Positions 8,680 to 17,062 of a stretch of 64,000 nt of DNA are shown here, piece after piece (position 1 is the stretch's first letter; the number at the start of each line of letters is the position of its first letter). Below the pieces are notes generated by a model. It saw nothing but the letters and a program-made list of their open reading frames with translations. It was not told the origin of the DNA and made no database searches. Made by a program: the position numbers and the translations under genes. The stretch is from Chlamydiota bacterium (GTDB lineage: Bacteria > Chlamydiota > Chlamydiia > Chlamydiales > SM23-39): assembly GCA_048498835.1 (NCBI GenBank), contig JBEHXF010000001.1, forward strand, positions 32,001 through 96,000, given 5' to 3'.

Positions 8680-10449
8680 CTAGCCCTTTTTGAGAGGAAG
8701 GGAGATCGTAAAGGTACTTCCCTTACCCAGTTCAGAAGAAACAGACACATATCCTCTTAGTTTGTCGACAATCGTCTTTACAATCGAAAGCCCAAGCCCC
8801 GCCCCTCCAGATTTGCGCGAGCGCGCTTTATCCACTGTATAGAAGCGATCGAAAATATGTGGGATATCAGCCTCGGGAATTCCGATCCCTCGATCACGGA
8901 TATTGAGATGAACATCTTCGCCGACTCGCTCAATCGAAATATCGATCTGAGCCGGAGCAGGGGAATAGCGAATCGCATTTTCCAAGAGATTCATGATTGC
9001 TAAATCGAGTAAATCCCCATCCGCTACAATAATCGCTCGATTGAGTTCCGTATGGAACGTCACAACAGCATTGCGATGAGCTGTCAAAAGGAGATGCTTA
9101 CAATTTTCGGTCAAAAGAACCAAATCGGTAGGACGAAATTTATCATCCGATAAATTCTCTATGTCAGACAAAGTCAGTAAACTCTTCACCAACTTATCGA
9201 GCCGTCCACAGGTACGAACAATTTTTTCGGTGATGTCCTTTAACAGCTCTTTCGAAATATCGGGCAAATCAGACAACGTCTCTGCAAAGCCTCGAATAAT
9301 CGTGATGGGAGTCCTCAGCTCGTGCGATGCATTCGCAATAAAGTCTTTGCCCATCTCTAAAACTTTGTAATCAGATGTTTTGTCCTGCAACACCAAAATC
9401 GCCCCATTTTGCTGCGCAAGAGGAGCGGCGATTAAATCCAAATAGACTCTCTTCCCTTCACCGCGTGACCAAGTCTGGATAATCGCTTCAGATGTTTGTA
9501 AAACCTGTAAAACTAGCTCATGGCTCTTCTTGGCCAAATCAGGCTCTTCTGATTTAAGCTGATCCAACGGCTGTCCCATGATTGCCGCGTGGGGAACCCC
9601 GATCATACGACAACCCACCTCGTTCGCAAATGTGATGCGCCCTCGTGTATCGAGCGCGATCACTCCCTCGGCAAGCGACTCTAAGATCCCTTCCGTCTCT
9701 CGGCTCTTTTGCACCAACTGTTCAATCTGCTTTTGTATTTTCCCAGACAGCGAATTCAACGTGAACGCCAGCTTACTAAATTCATCGCCGGGAATTGCCT
9801 GAGTCAACACAATGCGCGGCAAAAACTCTTCATGTCCCTCTTGATAAGGCAAAATCGCATCGATGATTTGCTGAATCGGGCGACTGAGCCGGTGAATGAT
9901 CGCCCAAGTCATGACGCTATAGAGCATCAAAATAAACGCCCCCAAGAGCAAAAACCCCTTCTCAAAATCGCGCGTTAACTCCCGAATTTCATTCAGTGGA
10001 AATCCGGTCCTTAAAACATACAACTGGCCATTGGCTGTAAAAGAAATCGCGACATAAGCAAAGCTCTCTTGAAACAACTCAGAATGACTTTCATGATAGG
10101 CGAGCCCATCTTGAATCGCCTCGTGAATTTCGGGATGGATCTCCGCTTCTTCATCTCGAAGAGTCCCTCTTGTATGACGAGGTGCATGCGAATCATATAA
10201 GATTTTCGAATCAGCATTAAACAGCGTCACTCGCTGGAAAAAAAAGAGCTCATCCGATTCCATCAAATCGATCATCTCAGGCAAATCGGGCGCTTTTTTC
10301 AAATGCAAAATGAGCTGTTCCGCGCGACTCTCGAGCGAGCGCCGCATGATGTTCTTAACAGTCCGCTCAACGAATGGAAACAAAAAAGCAATGAAGACAA
10401 TCAGGAGAATGAAGTCTGAAATGAGAATTTTTCGGCGAAAACTAATCAT
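8680..10449 (-). CDS. Membrane sensor histidine kinase (PhoR-like; HAMP-PAS-HisKA-HATPase)
   Basis: Two TM helices, H-box DFIANASHELRTP, NLLENAIRY, DRGIGI, FDRFYTVDKARS and GAGLGLSIVK. Confidence 0.92.
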   Translation of the reverse strand: MISFRRKILISDFILLIVFIAFLFPFVERTVKNIMRRSLESRAEQLILHLKKAPDLPEMIDLMESDELFFFQRVTLFNADSKILYDSHAPRHTRGTLRDEEAEIHPEIHEAIQDGLAYHESHSELFQESFAYVAISFTANGQLYVLRTGFPLNEIRELTRDFEKGFLLLGAFILMLYSVMTWAIIHRLSRPIQQIIDAILPYQEGHEEFLPRIVLTQAIPGDEFSKLAFTLNSLSGKIQKQIEQLVQKSRETEGILESLAEGVIALDTRGRITFANEVGCRMIGVPHAAIMGQPLDQLKSEEPDLAKKSHELVLQVLQTSEAIIQTWSRGEGKRVYLDLIAAPLAQQNGAILVLQDKTSDYKVLEMGKDFIANASHELRTPITIIRGFAETLSDLPDISKELLKDITEKIVRTCGRLDKLVKSLLTLSDIENLSDDKFRPTDLVLLTENCKHLLLTAHRNAVVTFHTELNRAIIVADGDLLDLAIMNLLENAIRYSPAPAQIDISIERVGEDVHLNIRDRGIGIPEADIPHIFDRFYTVDKARSRKSGGAGLGLSIVKTIVDKLRGYVSVSSELGKGSTFTISLPLKKG

Positions 10450-10475
10450 ATTTTCTTAACAATAAACGGTTCGCC

Positions 10476-11510
10476 TTAACCGTGAAAGAGTTTTTCAACA
10501 CCTCTCTCAATAACCTGCACCATATCCTCCCAGCGCACTCCACCCAATCCCGGTCGATACAATCCCGGTTCAACCGTAAAAACCATTCCTACCTTCAATT
10601 CGAGATCTTGATCGCCAGAACCCGCCTTAAAACTCGGAAATTCATGGGTCTCTAAACCGATTCCATGTCCAAGTCCATGCGAGAACAACTCTTCCACACC
10701 CTCACTTCGAAACACCTCGCGCGCCGCCCGATCCACATCGCCCAGTTTCGCTCCCGGCCGAATCTGATCGATCGCCGCCTGCTGCGCTCGCTTGGTTAAC
10801 TGCAGCATCCTTTCAATCTCAGGATTGGCCCTCCCAAAGAAATGGACCCGCGTTAAATCTCCTCGATAGCTATCGACAACTGCCCCGATATCCATCAAGA
10901 CAACTTGATCTTTCTCTAATCTCGTCTTGCCTGCTCTGTGATGTGGATAGGCGCTATTTTCCCCGAATGCGATGATCGGCTCAAAGGAGAGTCCCGAAGC
11001 GCCATGTTTTCGAACAAACATCTCAAATTCTAAAGCCAATTCTTCTTCGGCGATTCCCTCCGTAAGCATACCAGCAATGTGTCGGTAGCCTCTCCAAGTC
11101 AAATCAGCCGCACGCTTCAAAGCAGCAATTTCCTCCCCATCTTTAACGCCGCGATGAAGCTTTAATAAGCCACTCATCGGAGAAAATTCGATCCCTTCCG
11201 CCATCTTCTTCAAATTCTCAAAGCGATCATAACTCGTCGCCGCGCTATCGAAATCGACACGTCTGATCTCGTTATCGCGCAAAAAACGAGCCGGAGACTC
11301 TGAATCCAACAATCGCACCGTACACGGAGCCTCTTTCGTCGCCTTTGAGAAATAACGACCATCCACATACAACACCGCCTCATTTGCCGTTACAGCAAGC
11401 AACCCTTTCGACATCTGCAAGCCCGTTAAATAGAACAAATCGACAGGCGATTCAATCAGCGCAGCTTCTGATCTCAAATGTTTTTGCAGTATAGCTATCC
11501 GAGAATTCAT
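10476..11510 (-). CDS. pepP: Xaa-Pro aminopeptidase (M24 family)
   Basis: M24 metal-ligand motifs [29 protein letters not shown] and GVRWED. Confidence 0.92.
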   Translation of the reverse strand: MNSRIAILQKHLRSEAALIESPVDLFYLTGLQMSKGLLAVTANEAVLYVDGRYFSKATKEAPCTVRLLDSESPARFLRDNEIRRVDFDSAATSYDRFENLKKMAEGIEFSPMSGLLKLHRGVKDGEEIAALKRAADLTWRGYRHIAGMLTEGIAEEELALEFEMFVRKHGASGLSFEPIIAFGENSAYPHHRAGKTRLEKDQVVLMDIGAVVDSYRGDLTRVHFFGRANPEIERMLQLTKRAQQAAIDQIRPGAKLGDVDRAAREVFRSEGVEELFSHGLGHGIGLETHEFPSFKAGSGDQDLELKVGMVFTVEPGLYRPGLGGVRWEDMVQVIERGVEKLFHG

Positions 11511-13063
11511 ACGAAAAACTCCGCGAGTTGATCTTCAGTAAGAGATACCACGATTTTCCTGCCGAGCGGATCATATTTTTGATCCACGCAAGATTGTAAC
11601 CTACGCCAGATAGCAGAAGCTTCCTCCAACGAAAACTTCCGACTCGATGCGCGGCAAATACGCGTAAGGGACGCCGCCAAGCGCCGTTCAGTTTTATTGG
11701 CCCCATATTGCTGGATAAACGATTCCAGATAGGCTGTCTCCAAACCAACGGGCACTGCATCGATTGCCAGCCTCTTTTTCCCCATTGCCCGCGCTTCAAT
11801 TCCAATCCCACTCAATAATTCAACCAGCCTTTCCGCCTCTTCACCAGGACCTAGTTGCATTTCATGAGGCCATAAAAGTGGCTGCATCAAAGGTTTTGGC
11901 TTCTCCATCTCCTCAAACAAAATCCGCGCTTCAGCGCCACGTAAATCGACCAACTTCCACGGCCGATCTTCGAGCAGCAAAAAATCCCCTAACAGCGCGA
12001 TCGGCTTCGCCTTCTCGACAATCGGCAAAACGACCTCCTGCGAAATCACCGGGGCATCATCAATGACAAACGGCATAACGGTGGCTGGAGTAAATTCCCA
12101 CGGCATTGGCGCAATCTTCGGCTCTTCCTTCGCAAACACCGCCTCCACTGCTGCACGAACAACCTGATATAATTTCCCTTCCTCTCGAAAGCGCACTTCC
12201 TTCTTTTGCGGATGAACGTTTACATCCACTTCTTCAGGCGCGACATCGATAAAGAGCAAAAAGACGGGAAATAGAGCCTCACCAATTCTCGTCCCAAACG
12301 CCTCTTTCACTGCGCGAGAAACCAAATGCGAAGTAATCGGCCGTTGATTGACAAAGAGAGTCTGTCCGCTCCGATTCAATTTCGCCTCTTGCGGCTGCCC
12401 TACCAATCCTCGAACACCCGGCCCCTTTACCTCGTGCGCAAAAGGGCCTAATACCTCTTCGGCCCGTCTTTTCCAATCGGTGGCCTTGCAAGAAAAAACA
12501 AGCTTCCCATTTGACAACAGGCTAAATCCCACATCCGGATGCGCGAGCGAAATCGTCTGCACCGTTCGCAGTACTGCCGCCGCGCAGGCAGAAGGGGATT
12601 TTTGAAACTTCAATCGCGCCGGAGTATTCGAAAATAAAGATCGGATCTCAATCGTCGTTCCACGATTTCTCGCGCACGGTTCCACAATCGAGCCACACAA
12701 TCGCGTCGTCTCTTTGCCATTCGACGTTCTCAATTCAAGCTGCGAAACAGAAGCGATTGCCGCCAATGCCTCACCCCGAAATCCCATCGTCATCAATTTC
12801 TGCAAATCGTCCGCAGAGCGAATTTTCGAAGTCGCATGGCGCTTCAAACAGATCAAAGCATCATTTCGGCTCATTCCACAGCCGTCATCTTCAATCTGAA
12901 TCCTCTGCAATCCACCCGCCTCAATCTCTACATTGATTTGACGCGCGCCCGCATCGAGAGAGTTTTCAAGCATCTCCTTCACAGCGGAAGCGGGATGCTC
13001 AAGCACCTCTCCTGCGGCAATTTGATCGACCACTAAATCAGGTAAAACAAAAATTGTATCCAT
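11507..13063 (-). CDS. mutL: DNA mismatch repair protein MutL
   Basis: Motifs QIAAGEV, KEMLENSLDAGA, DDGCGM, RHATSKI, MGFRGEALA and VDVNVHPQK. Start set at ATG 13063 because the longer ORF extension overlaps the opposite-strand porin gene. Confidence 0.95.
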   Translation of the reverse strand: MDTIFVLPDLVVDQIAAGEVLEHPASAVKEMLENSLDAGARQINVEIEAGGLQRIQIEDDGCGMSRNDALICLKRHATSKIRSADDLQKLMTMGFRGEALAAIASVSQLELRTSNGKETTRLCGSIVEPCARNRGTTIEIRSLFSNTPARLKFQKSPSACAAAVLRTVQTISLAHPDVGFSLLSNGKLVFSCKATDWKRRAEEVLGPFAHEVKGPGVRGLVGQPQEAKLNRSGQTLFVNQRPITSHLVSRAVKEAFGTRIGEALFPVFLLFIDVAPEEVDVNVHPQKKEVRFREEGKLYQVVRAAVEAVFAKEEPKIAPMPWEFTPATVMPFVIDDAPVISQEVVLPIVEKAKPIALLGDFLLLEDRPWKLVDLRGAEARILFEEMEKPKPLMQPLLWPHEMQLGPGEEAERLVELLSGIGIEARAMGKKRLAIDAVPVGLETAYLESFIQQYGANKTERRLAASLTRICRASSRKFSLEEASAIWRRLQSCVDQKYDPLGRKIVVSLTEDQLAEFFV

Positions 13064-13108
13064 TGCATCTACTATAGCAAAATCACCGGTTGGAGTATAC
13101 TCCAACAC

Positions 13109-13909
13109 ATGCGCATACTTTTTTTTCTCATCTTCTTCATCGCCTCGCTCCACGCCACTTACATTGGCAATCCCGCCGGTCCTGCGATTATGAACACCGG
13201 GTTTTTCAGCCTGCGCAATCCGCTGATTAAAGGCACCACCGGCTACTACGGCGACTATATTTCCGACATGCGCTTTGTCCCGACGAAAGGTACTTCCGAA
13301 TTTGAAGCGGCTAACTCGTTCCGCCAATTCGGTCTCCATTCACAAATGGCCACCGCTTCTGTCATTTTCATGGAACGGATCGAGTTTTTCGGATCTGCTG
13401 GCGGCTCCAAAGAACATGCAAAATTTTCTGAAAAACCAACCATAAACGAAATTTCTGAAGAGCTCCTCGATTTTCACAGCACCTACACATTTTCCTGGGC
13501 GGCCGGAACCCGTATCGTTCTTCTACAGTGGTGGAGAGCCTACCTCAGTACCGATTTCACCTATTTTCAGGTTCCCTCATCCAGCCAATCGTATTTTAAA
13601 TTTCTCAACCGCCTCAATCTGCCTCTAGAGACCGAAAAGCAAACCTTCTCCATCGACGAATGGCAAATTTGCCTCGCTCTCTCTGCTCGATTTTTCTTCA
13701 TAACTCCTTACGGAGGAGGTACTTACATGCATTCCAAGCTCAATATCCACTCTGGCCCTGGCATCCCGCCCCTTTATTACACCAATAAAGAGCCCTGGGG
13801 CTATTTCTATGGCTTCACCATCTCTCTCACCGGCCGCTTCCACCTCAACTTCGAGCGGCGAATGCGCGATGAATTTGCCTATTCATTTGCCACGATCGCT
13901 GTCTTTTAA
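13109..13909 (+). CDS. Chlamydial MOMP-family outer membrane protein (short)
   Basis: Signal peptide ending SLHA, then YIGNPAGPAIM, which resembles the MOMP mature N-terminus (xGNPAEP). EWQ and PYGG strands and a C-terminal Phe fit a beta-barrel. Confidence 0.75.
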   Translation: MRILFFLIFFIASLHATYIGNPAGPAIMNTGFFSLRNPLIKGTTGYYGDYISDMRFVPTKGTSEFEAANSFRQFGLHSQMATASVIFMERIEFFGSAGGSKEHAKFSEKPTINEISEELLDFHSTYTFSWAAGTRIVLLQWWRAYLSTDFTYFQVPSSSQSYFKFLNRLNLPLETEKQTFSIDEWQICLALSARFFFITPYGGGTYMHSKLNIHSGPGIPPLYYTNKEPWGYFYGFTISLTGRFHLNFERRMRDEFAYSFATIAVF

Positions 13910-13923
13910 TTACAGTGGTGTTT

Positions 13924-15126
13924 ATGGATGAGCACCCACAGGCACGTAAAATCGTCGAAACACTGACAAAAGCAGGCTTTGTCGCCTATTATGCAGGCGG
14001 CTGGGTTCGCGACTTCCTTCTCAATCACCCATCTGACGATATCGATATCGCCACCAACGCGCCACCCGAAACCATCCAAGCCCTCTTTCCTAAAACAGTC
14101 CCAATCGGCCTCGCCTTTGGCATCATCCTCGTCCTCATCGACGGACACCAATATGAAGTAGCGACCTTTCGGCAAGACCTCGACTACAAAGATGGACGGC
14201 GCCCCTCGCGCATCGAATATACAACAGCCGAAGAAGATGCAAAACGGCGCGACTTCACCATCAATGGAATGTTTTACGATCCGCTAAAAAAAGAAATTCT
14301 CGATTTTGTGAATGGGCAAATCGATCTCGATAAAAAACTCATTCGAGCGATCGGCAATCCCCACGAGCGAATTAAAGAAGATCGCCTCCGGATGATCCGC
14401 GCTGTCCGCCTCGGCTGCCGCTTCAACTTCGCCATCGATCCCGCTACAGAACAAGCGATCCGCGCCCACGCTTCAGAACTTTTCCCTGCCGTCGCTATTG
14501 AGCGGATCGTTCAAGAGTTTGAAAAAGGGCTCGCCTTCGGCAAACTGAGACCCATGCTCATTCAGCTACACGACTTCGGCCTTCTCGCCTCGATTTTCCC
14601 CTCTCTTAAAAACACCCCTCTCGCTGAAATCGAACGCCGCCTCGAACCGCTCAAACATTTTCCCAAAGACGCGCCCCTCATCGCCTCTCTACTGGAACTC
14701 TTTCCCCAAGATCCACTCGATCTTCCTAAAAAACTCAAACTCTCCTCGCACGACCAGCAATTCGCAACCTTCCTCCACCTGGCAAAAAATCAAGATCGCT
14801 CCCTCTATGAATGGGCCCATTTTTACGCCAATCCCTTCTCTTCTCTCATCCTCCAAATCCTCGCAGCCCATCTCGACGAACACCAGCGAGCCTCCTTCCT
14901 TAAAACCCACAAAGAGAGAAAAGCTCTCCTTCATCCCTCCATTCTCCGCATTCAGAACCACGATCCACTCGTTAAGTCAGACGATCTTCTCGCTCTCGGC
15001 GTCAAACCGAGCAAGCAAATGGGGATTCTCCTCCGTGAAGCCGAACAAATTTCGATCAACGAGCAGCTCCAGGACAAACACGCAGTCCTTCACAAGCTGA
15101 AACAACATTCAGCTTGGCCCGCATGA
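13924..15126 (+). CDS. cca: tRNA nucleotidyltransferase (CCA-adding, class II)
   Basis: Motifs GGWVRD, DIDIAT, EVATFR, EDAKRRDFTING and EDRLRMIRAVR. Lacks the G[RK][RK]F signature of poly(A) polymerase. Confidence 0.85.
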   Translation: MDEHPQARKIVETLTKAGFVAYYAGGWVRDFLLNHPSDDIDIATNAPPETIQALFPKTVPIGLAFGIILVLIDGHQYEVATFRQDLDYKDGRRPSRIEYTTAEEDAKRRDFTINGMFYDPLKKEILDFVNGQIDLDKKLIRAIGNPHERIKEDRLRMIRAVRLGCRFNFAIDPATEQAIRAHASELFPAVAIERIVQEFEKGLAFGKLRPMLIQLHDFGLLASIFPSLKNTPLAEIERRLEPLKHFPKDAPLIASLLELFPQDPLDLPKKLKLSSHDQQFATFLHLAKNQDRSLYEWAHFYANPFSSLILQILAAHLDEHQRASFLKTHKERKALLHPSILRIQNHDPLVKSDDLLALGVKPSKQMGILLREAEQISINEQLQDKHAVLHKLKQHSAWPA

Positions 15127-16028
15127 CCCCGCATAAAGCCCAAAAGCTTCCTCTCAAACAACTCAAATGGGAAAAAATCATTCCCTTTTTAGGTCCCGCC
15201 CACCGAGCTTTAGGCCACCTCGATGAAGCGAGCCGCGATCTTCCCTTCGCTCTCTTCGAAACCTCTGTCTGGGAAGAAGCTGTTTACTCTGCTTTTGTGA
15301 AAGGAAGCGCCAAAGATGTTCTATTAAAAAAAACTCCATCTGAAAAAATCGATCTGATCAAAAAAGCGCTCGACAAAGTCATCCACTCCTCTTCTCCACT
15401 CAATACCCGCCTTCTTTGCCAAATACATGCCATTACCAAACAAAATGGGCCAAGCCGCAAAGATATCGGTCGCATCCGGACCCGTCAAAATTGGATTGGT
15501 ACAGAAGGATGTCCCATTGAAGAGGCCTATTTTCTCCCGCCTCCGCCCAAGCAAATGAAGCCTCTTCTCAACAATCTACAAACCTACATCCGCAGCAAAG
15601 AAAGCGATCCTCTCGTCCAATGCGCTCTCTATTTTGCCCAGCTTCTGATCATCCACCCTTTTATGGATGGAAATGGCCGCGTAGCCCGCATCCTCATTCC
15701 CTATTTCATCCGCAAGAAAAAGCTGCTGCACCATCCCATTCTCTTTCTCAGCCGCTATTTTGAAGAAAACCGACTTGCCTACTTTCAAAAGCTCTTTCAT
15801 CTATCTGATAAAAAGGATTGGGAAGACTGGATCATCTATTTTTTAAATGGTGTGACGCAATCGGCTTTAGCGATGAAAAATCGAGCAGACAGTTTAAGAA
15901 ACCTCTATGAAAAATATCCCGATCCTTCACTCTTTAAAAAACCGGTTCTAGGGAAACCAAAGACAGGGATGATAAAGGGAGAAGAGGGACTCTACTATTT
16001 CAAGTCCCTCTTGGATCTAATCGACTAA
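15123..16028 (+). CDS. Fic-domain protein
   Basis: Canonical HPFMDGNGRVAR Fic motif and IRTRQNWIG; ATGA overlap with cca. Confidence 0.9.
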   Translation: MTPHKAQKLPLKQLKWEKIIPFLGPAHRALGHLDEASRDLPFALFETSVWEEAVYSAFVKGSAKDVLLKKTPSEKIDLIKKALDKVIHSSSPLNTRLLCQIHAITKQNGPSRKDIGRIRTRQNWIGTEGCPIEEAYFLPPPPKQMKPLLNNLQTYIRSKESDPLVQCALYFAQLLIIHPFMDGNGRVARILIPYFIRKKKLLHHPILFLSRYFEENRLAYFQKLFHLSDKKDWEDWIIYFLNGVTQSALAMKNRADSLRNLYEKYPDPSLFKKPVLGKPKTGMIKGEEGLYYFKSLLDLID

Positions 16029-16229
16029 TTACTCAGCTTGCTGGATTTCGCCGCCTGTTCCGCTCATTTTCATTTTATGAGCTGAAGTTTTGCGTTTGCG
16101 GCTTGTCTTTCTTTTTTTAACAGCTGCTTTCACTTTTCTTTTTACTTTGCGAACAGCTTTTTTTACTTTCGCGACTTTTTTCTTAACCGCTTTTTTTACT
16201 GTCGCTTTTTTTCTTTTTCGTGCTGCCAT
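16029..16229 (-). CDS. Small Lys/Arg-rich histone-like protein (66 aa)
   Basis: Repeated KKAV/KKKV-type units; SD sequence AGGAG upstream of the ATG. Confidence 0.75.
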   Translation of the reverse strand: MAARKRKKATVKKAVKKKVAKVKKAVRKVKRKVKAAVKKRKTSRKRKTSAHKMKMSGTGGEIQQAE

Positions 16230-16251
16230 ACATTCTCCTGTGGTGGTTCAA

Positions 16252-16282
16252 TAAAAAAGGCCCGAGAAAAAATCCCGAGCCT
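16252..16282 (-). terminator. Intrinsic terminator between the two histone-like genes
   Basis: The minus strand forms a 10-bp stem, AGGCUCGGGA-UUUUU-UCUCGGGCCU (two G-U pairs), followed by a U-tract. Confidence 0.75.
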
Positions 16283-16296
16283 AAAATCTTTTGGAT

Positions 16297-16482
16297 TTAG
16301 AGCGATTTAATTTTTTTAACGATCTTTTTTTCCATCTTGACGATCGCGTCTTTGAAGCTCACAGCTTTTTTCTTAATTTTTTTGGCTGTCGAGGTTTTTC
16401 TCGTCTTTCTGACTTTGTGAGTTTTTCTTTTCTTTGTTGTTCTTTTTTTTGCGGTTGTTTTTCTCTTTCTGCGAACTGCCAT
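16297..16482 (-). CDS. Small Lys/Arg/Thr-rich histone-like protein (61 aa)
   Basis: Begins MAVRRKRKTTAKKRTTKKRK; SD sequence AGGAG upstream. Confidence 0.75.
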   Translation of the reverse strand: MAVRRKRKTTAKKRTTKKRKTHKVRKTRKTSTAKKIKKKAVSFKDAIVKMEKKIVKKIKSL

Positions 16483-16568
16483 AATTATCTCCTAGGTACA
16501 GCTAATTCAACGCTTGCACCAAATGAGATTATTTTCGCAACAAAATTGGATAAAATATTTTAAAAACC

Positions 16569-17048
16569 CTATTCAGAAGCAACAGGGGACGAAGTTCTTT
16601 GCCGAACATTTCGCTCATTTGGCTTAAGATCCCTTGCTCGACGACCCAAAACAGGGCTAGGGGAGGAAGCTAAAGGCTCATGACTCCTCAACCGAGACAA
16701 TCGAAAAGCGCTTGAACGTTTTGAATGATCAGTACAATCGAATACGATGATAGGAAACTCTAGCAAAGACTTGTTATTGTCTTGTTTGGCAAAATCCAGA
16801 CAGATAAATTTTTTCCCCACTTGCCGATTTCCCATCCAGTCTTGAAAAACAATTTGGCATTTATGCAAAGCTCTTAAGGCCAACTGATTGAATTTGCCGC
16901 TTGCGACAGTTGCGTTTGGTTTACATTTGATCTTAACATATTTGCTATAGGCATCTTCAATAGGCTCGGGAGATAAAACTGTAAAAGCAAAGTCTCCCTT
17001 ACAAAAAGAAGGGTGATAAGTAAAATCACGGGAAAAGGGCAAAGTCAT
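16569..17048 (-). CDS. Hypothetical protein
   Basis: 159-aa ORF filling the gap after rsbU, with a Ser/Arg-rich C-terminus; no family recognised. Confidence 0.5.
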   Translation of the reverse strand: MTLPFSRDFTYHPSFCKGDFAFTVLSPEPIEDAYSKYVKIKCKPNATVASGKFNQLALRALHKCQIVFQDWMGNRQVGKKFICLDFAKQDNNKSLLEFPIIVFDCTDHSKRSSAFRLSRLRSHEPLASSPSPVLGRRARDLKPNERNVRQRTSSPVASE

Positions 17049-17062
17049 AATCGGCGGAGATT

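Noticed and set aside
13064..13339. 92-aa N-terminal extension of MutL
   Set aside because: It is antisense to the MOMP-like gene, and MutL homology begins at MDTIFVLPD.
16291..16563. Phe-rich 90-aa ORF on the plus strand
   Set aside because: It is the antisense mirror of the Lys-rich histone-like gene.
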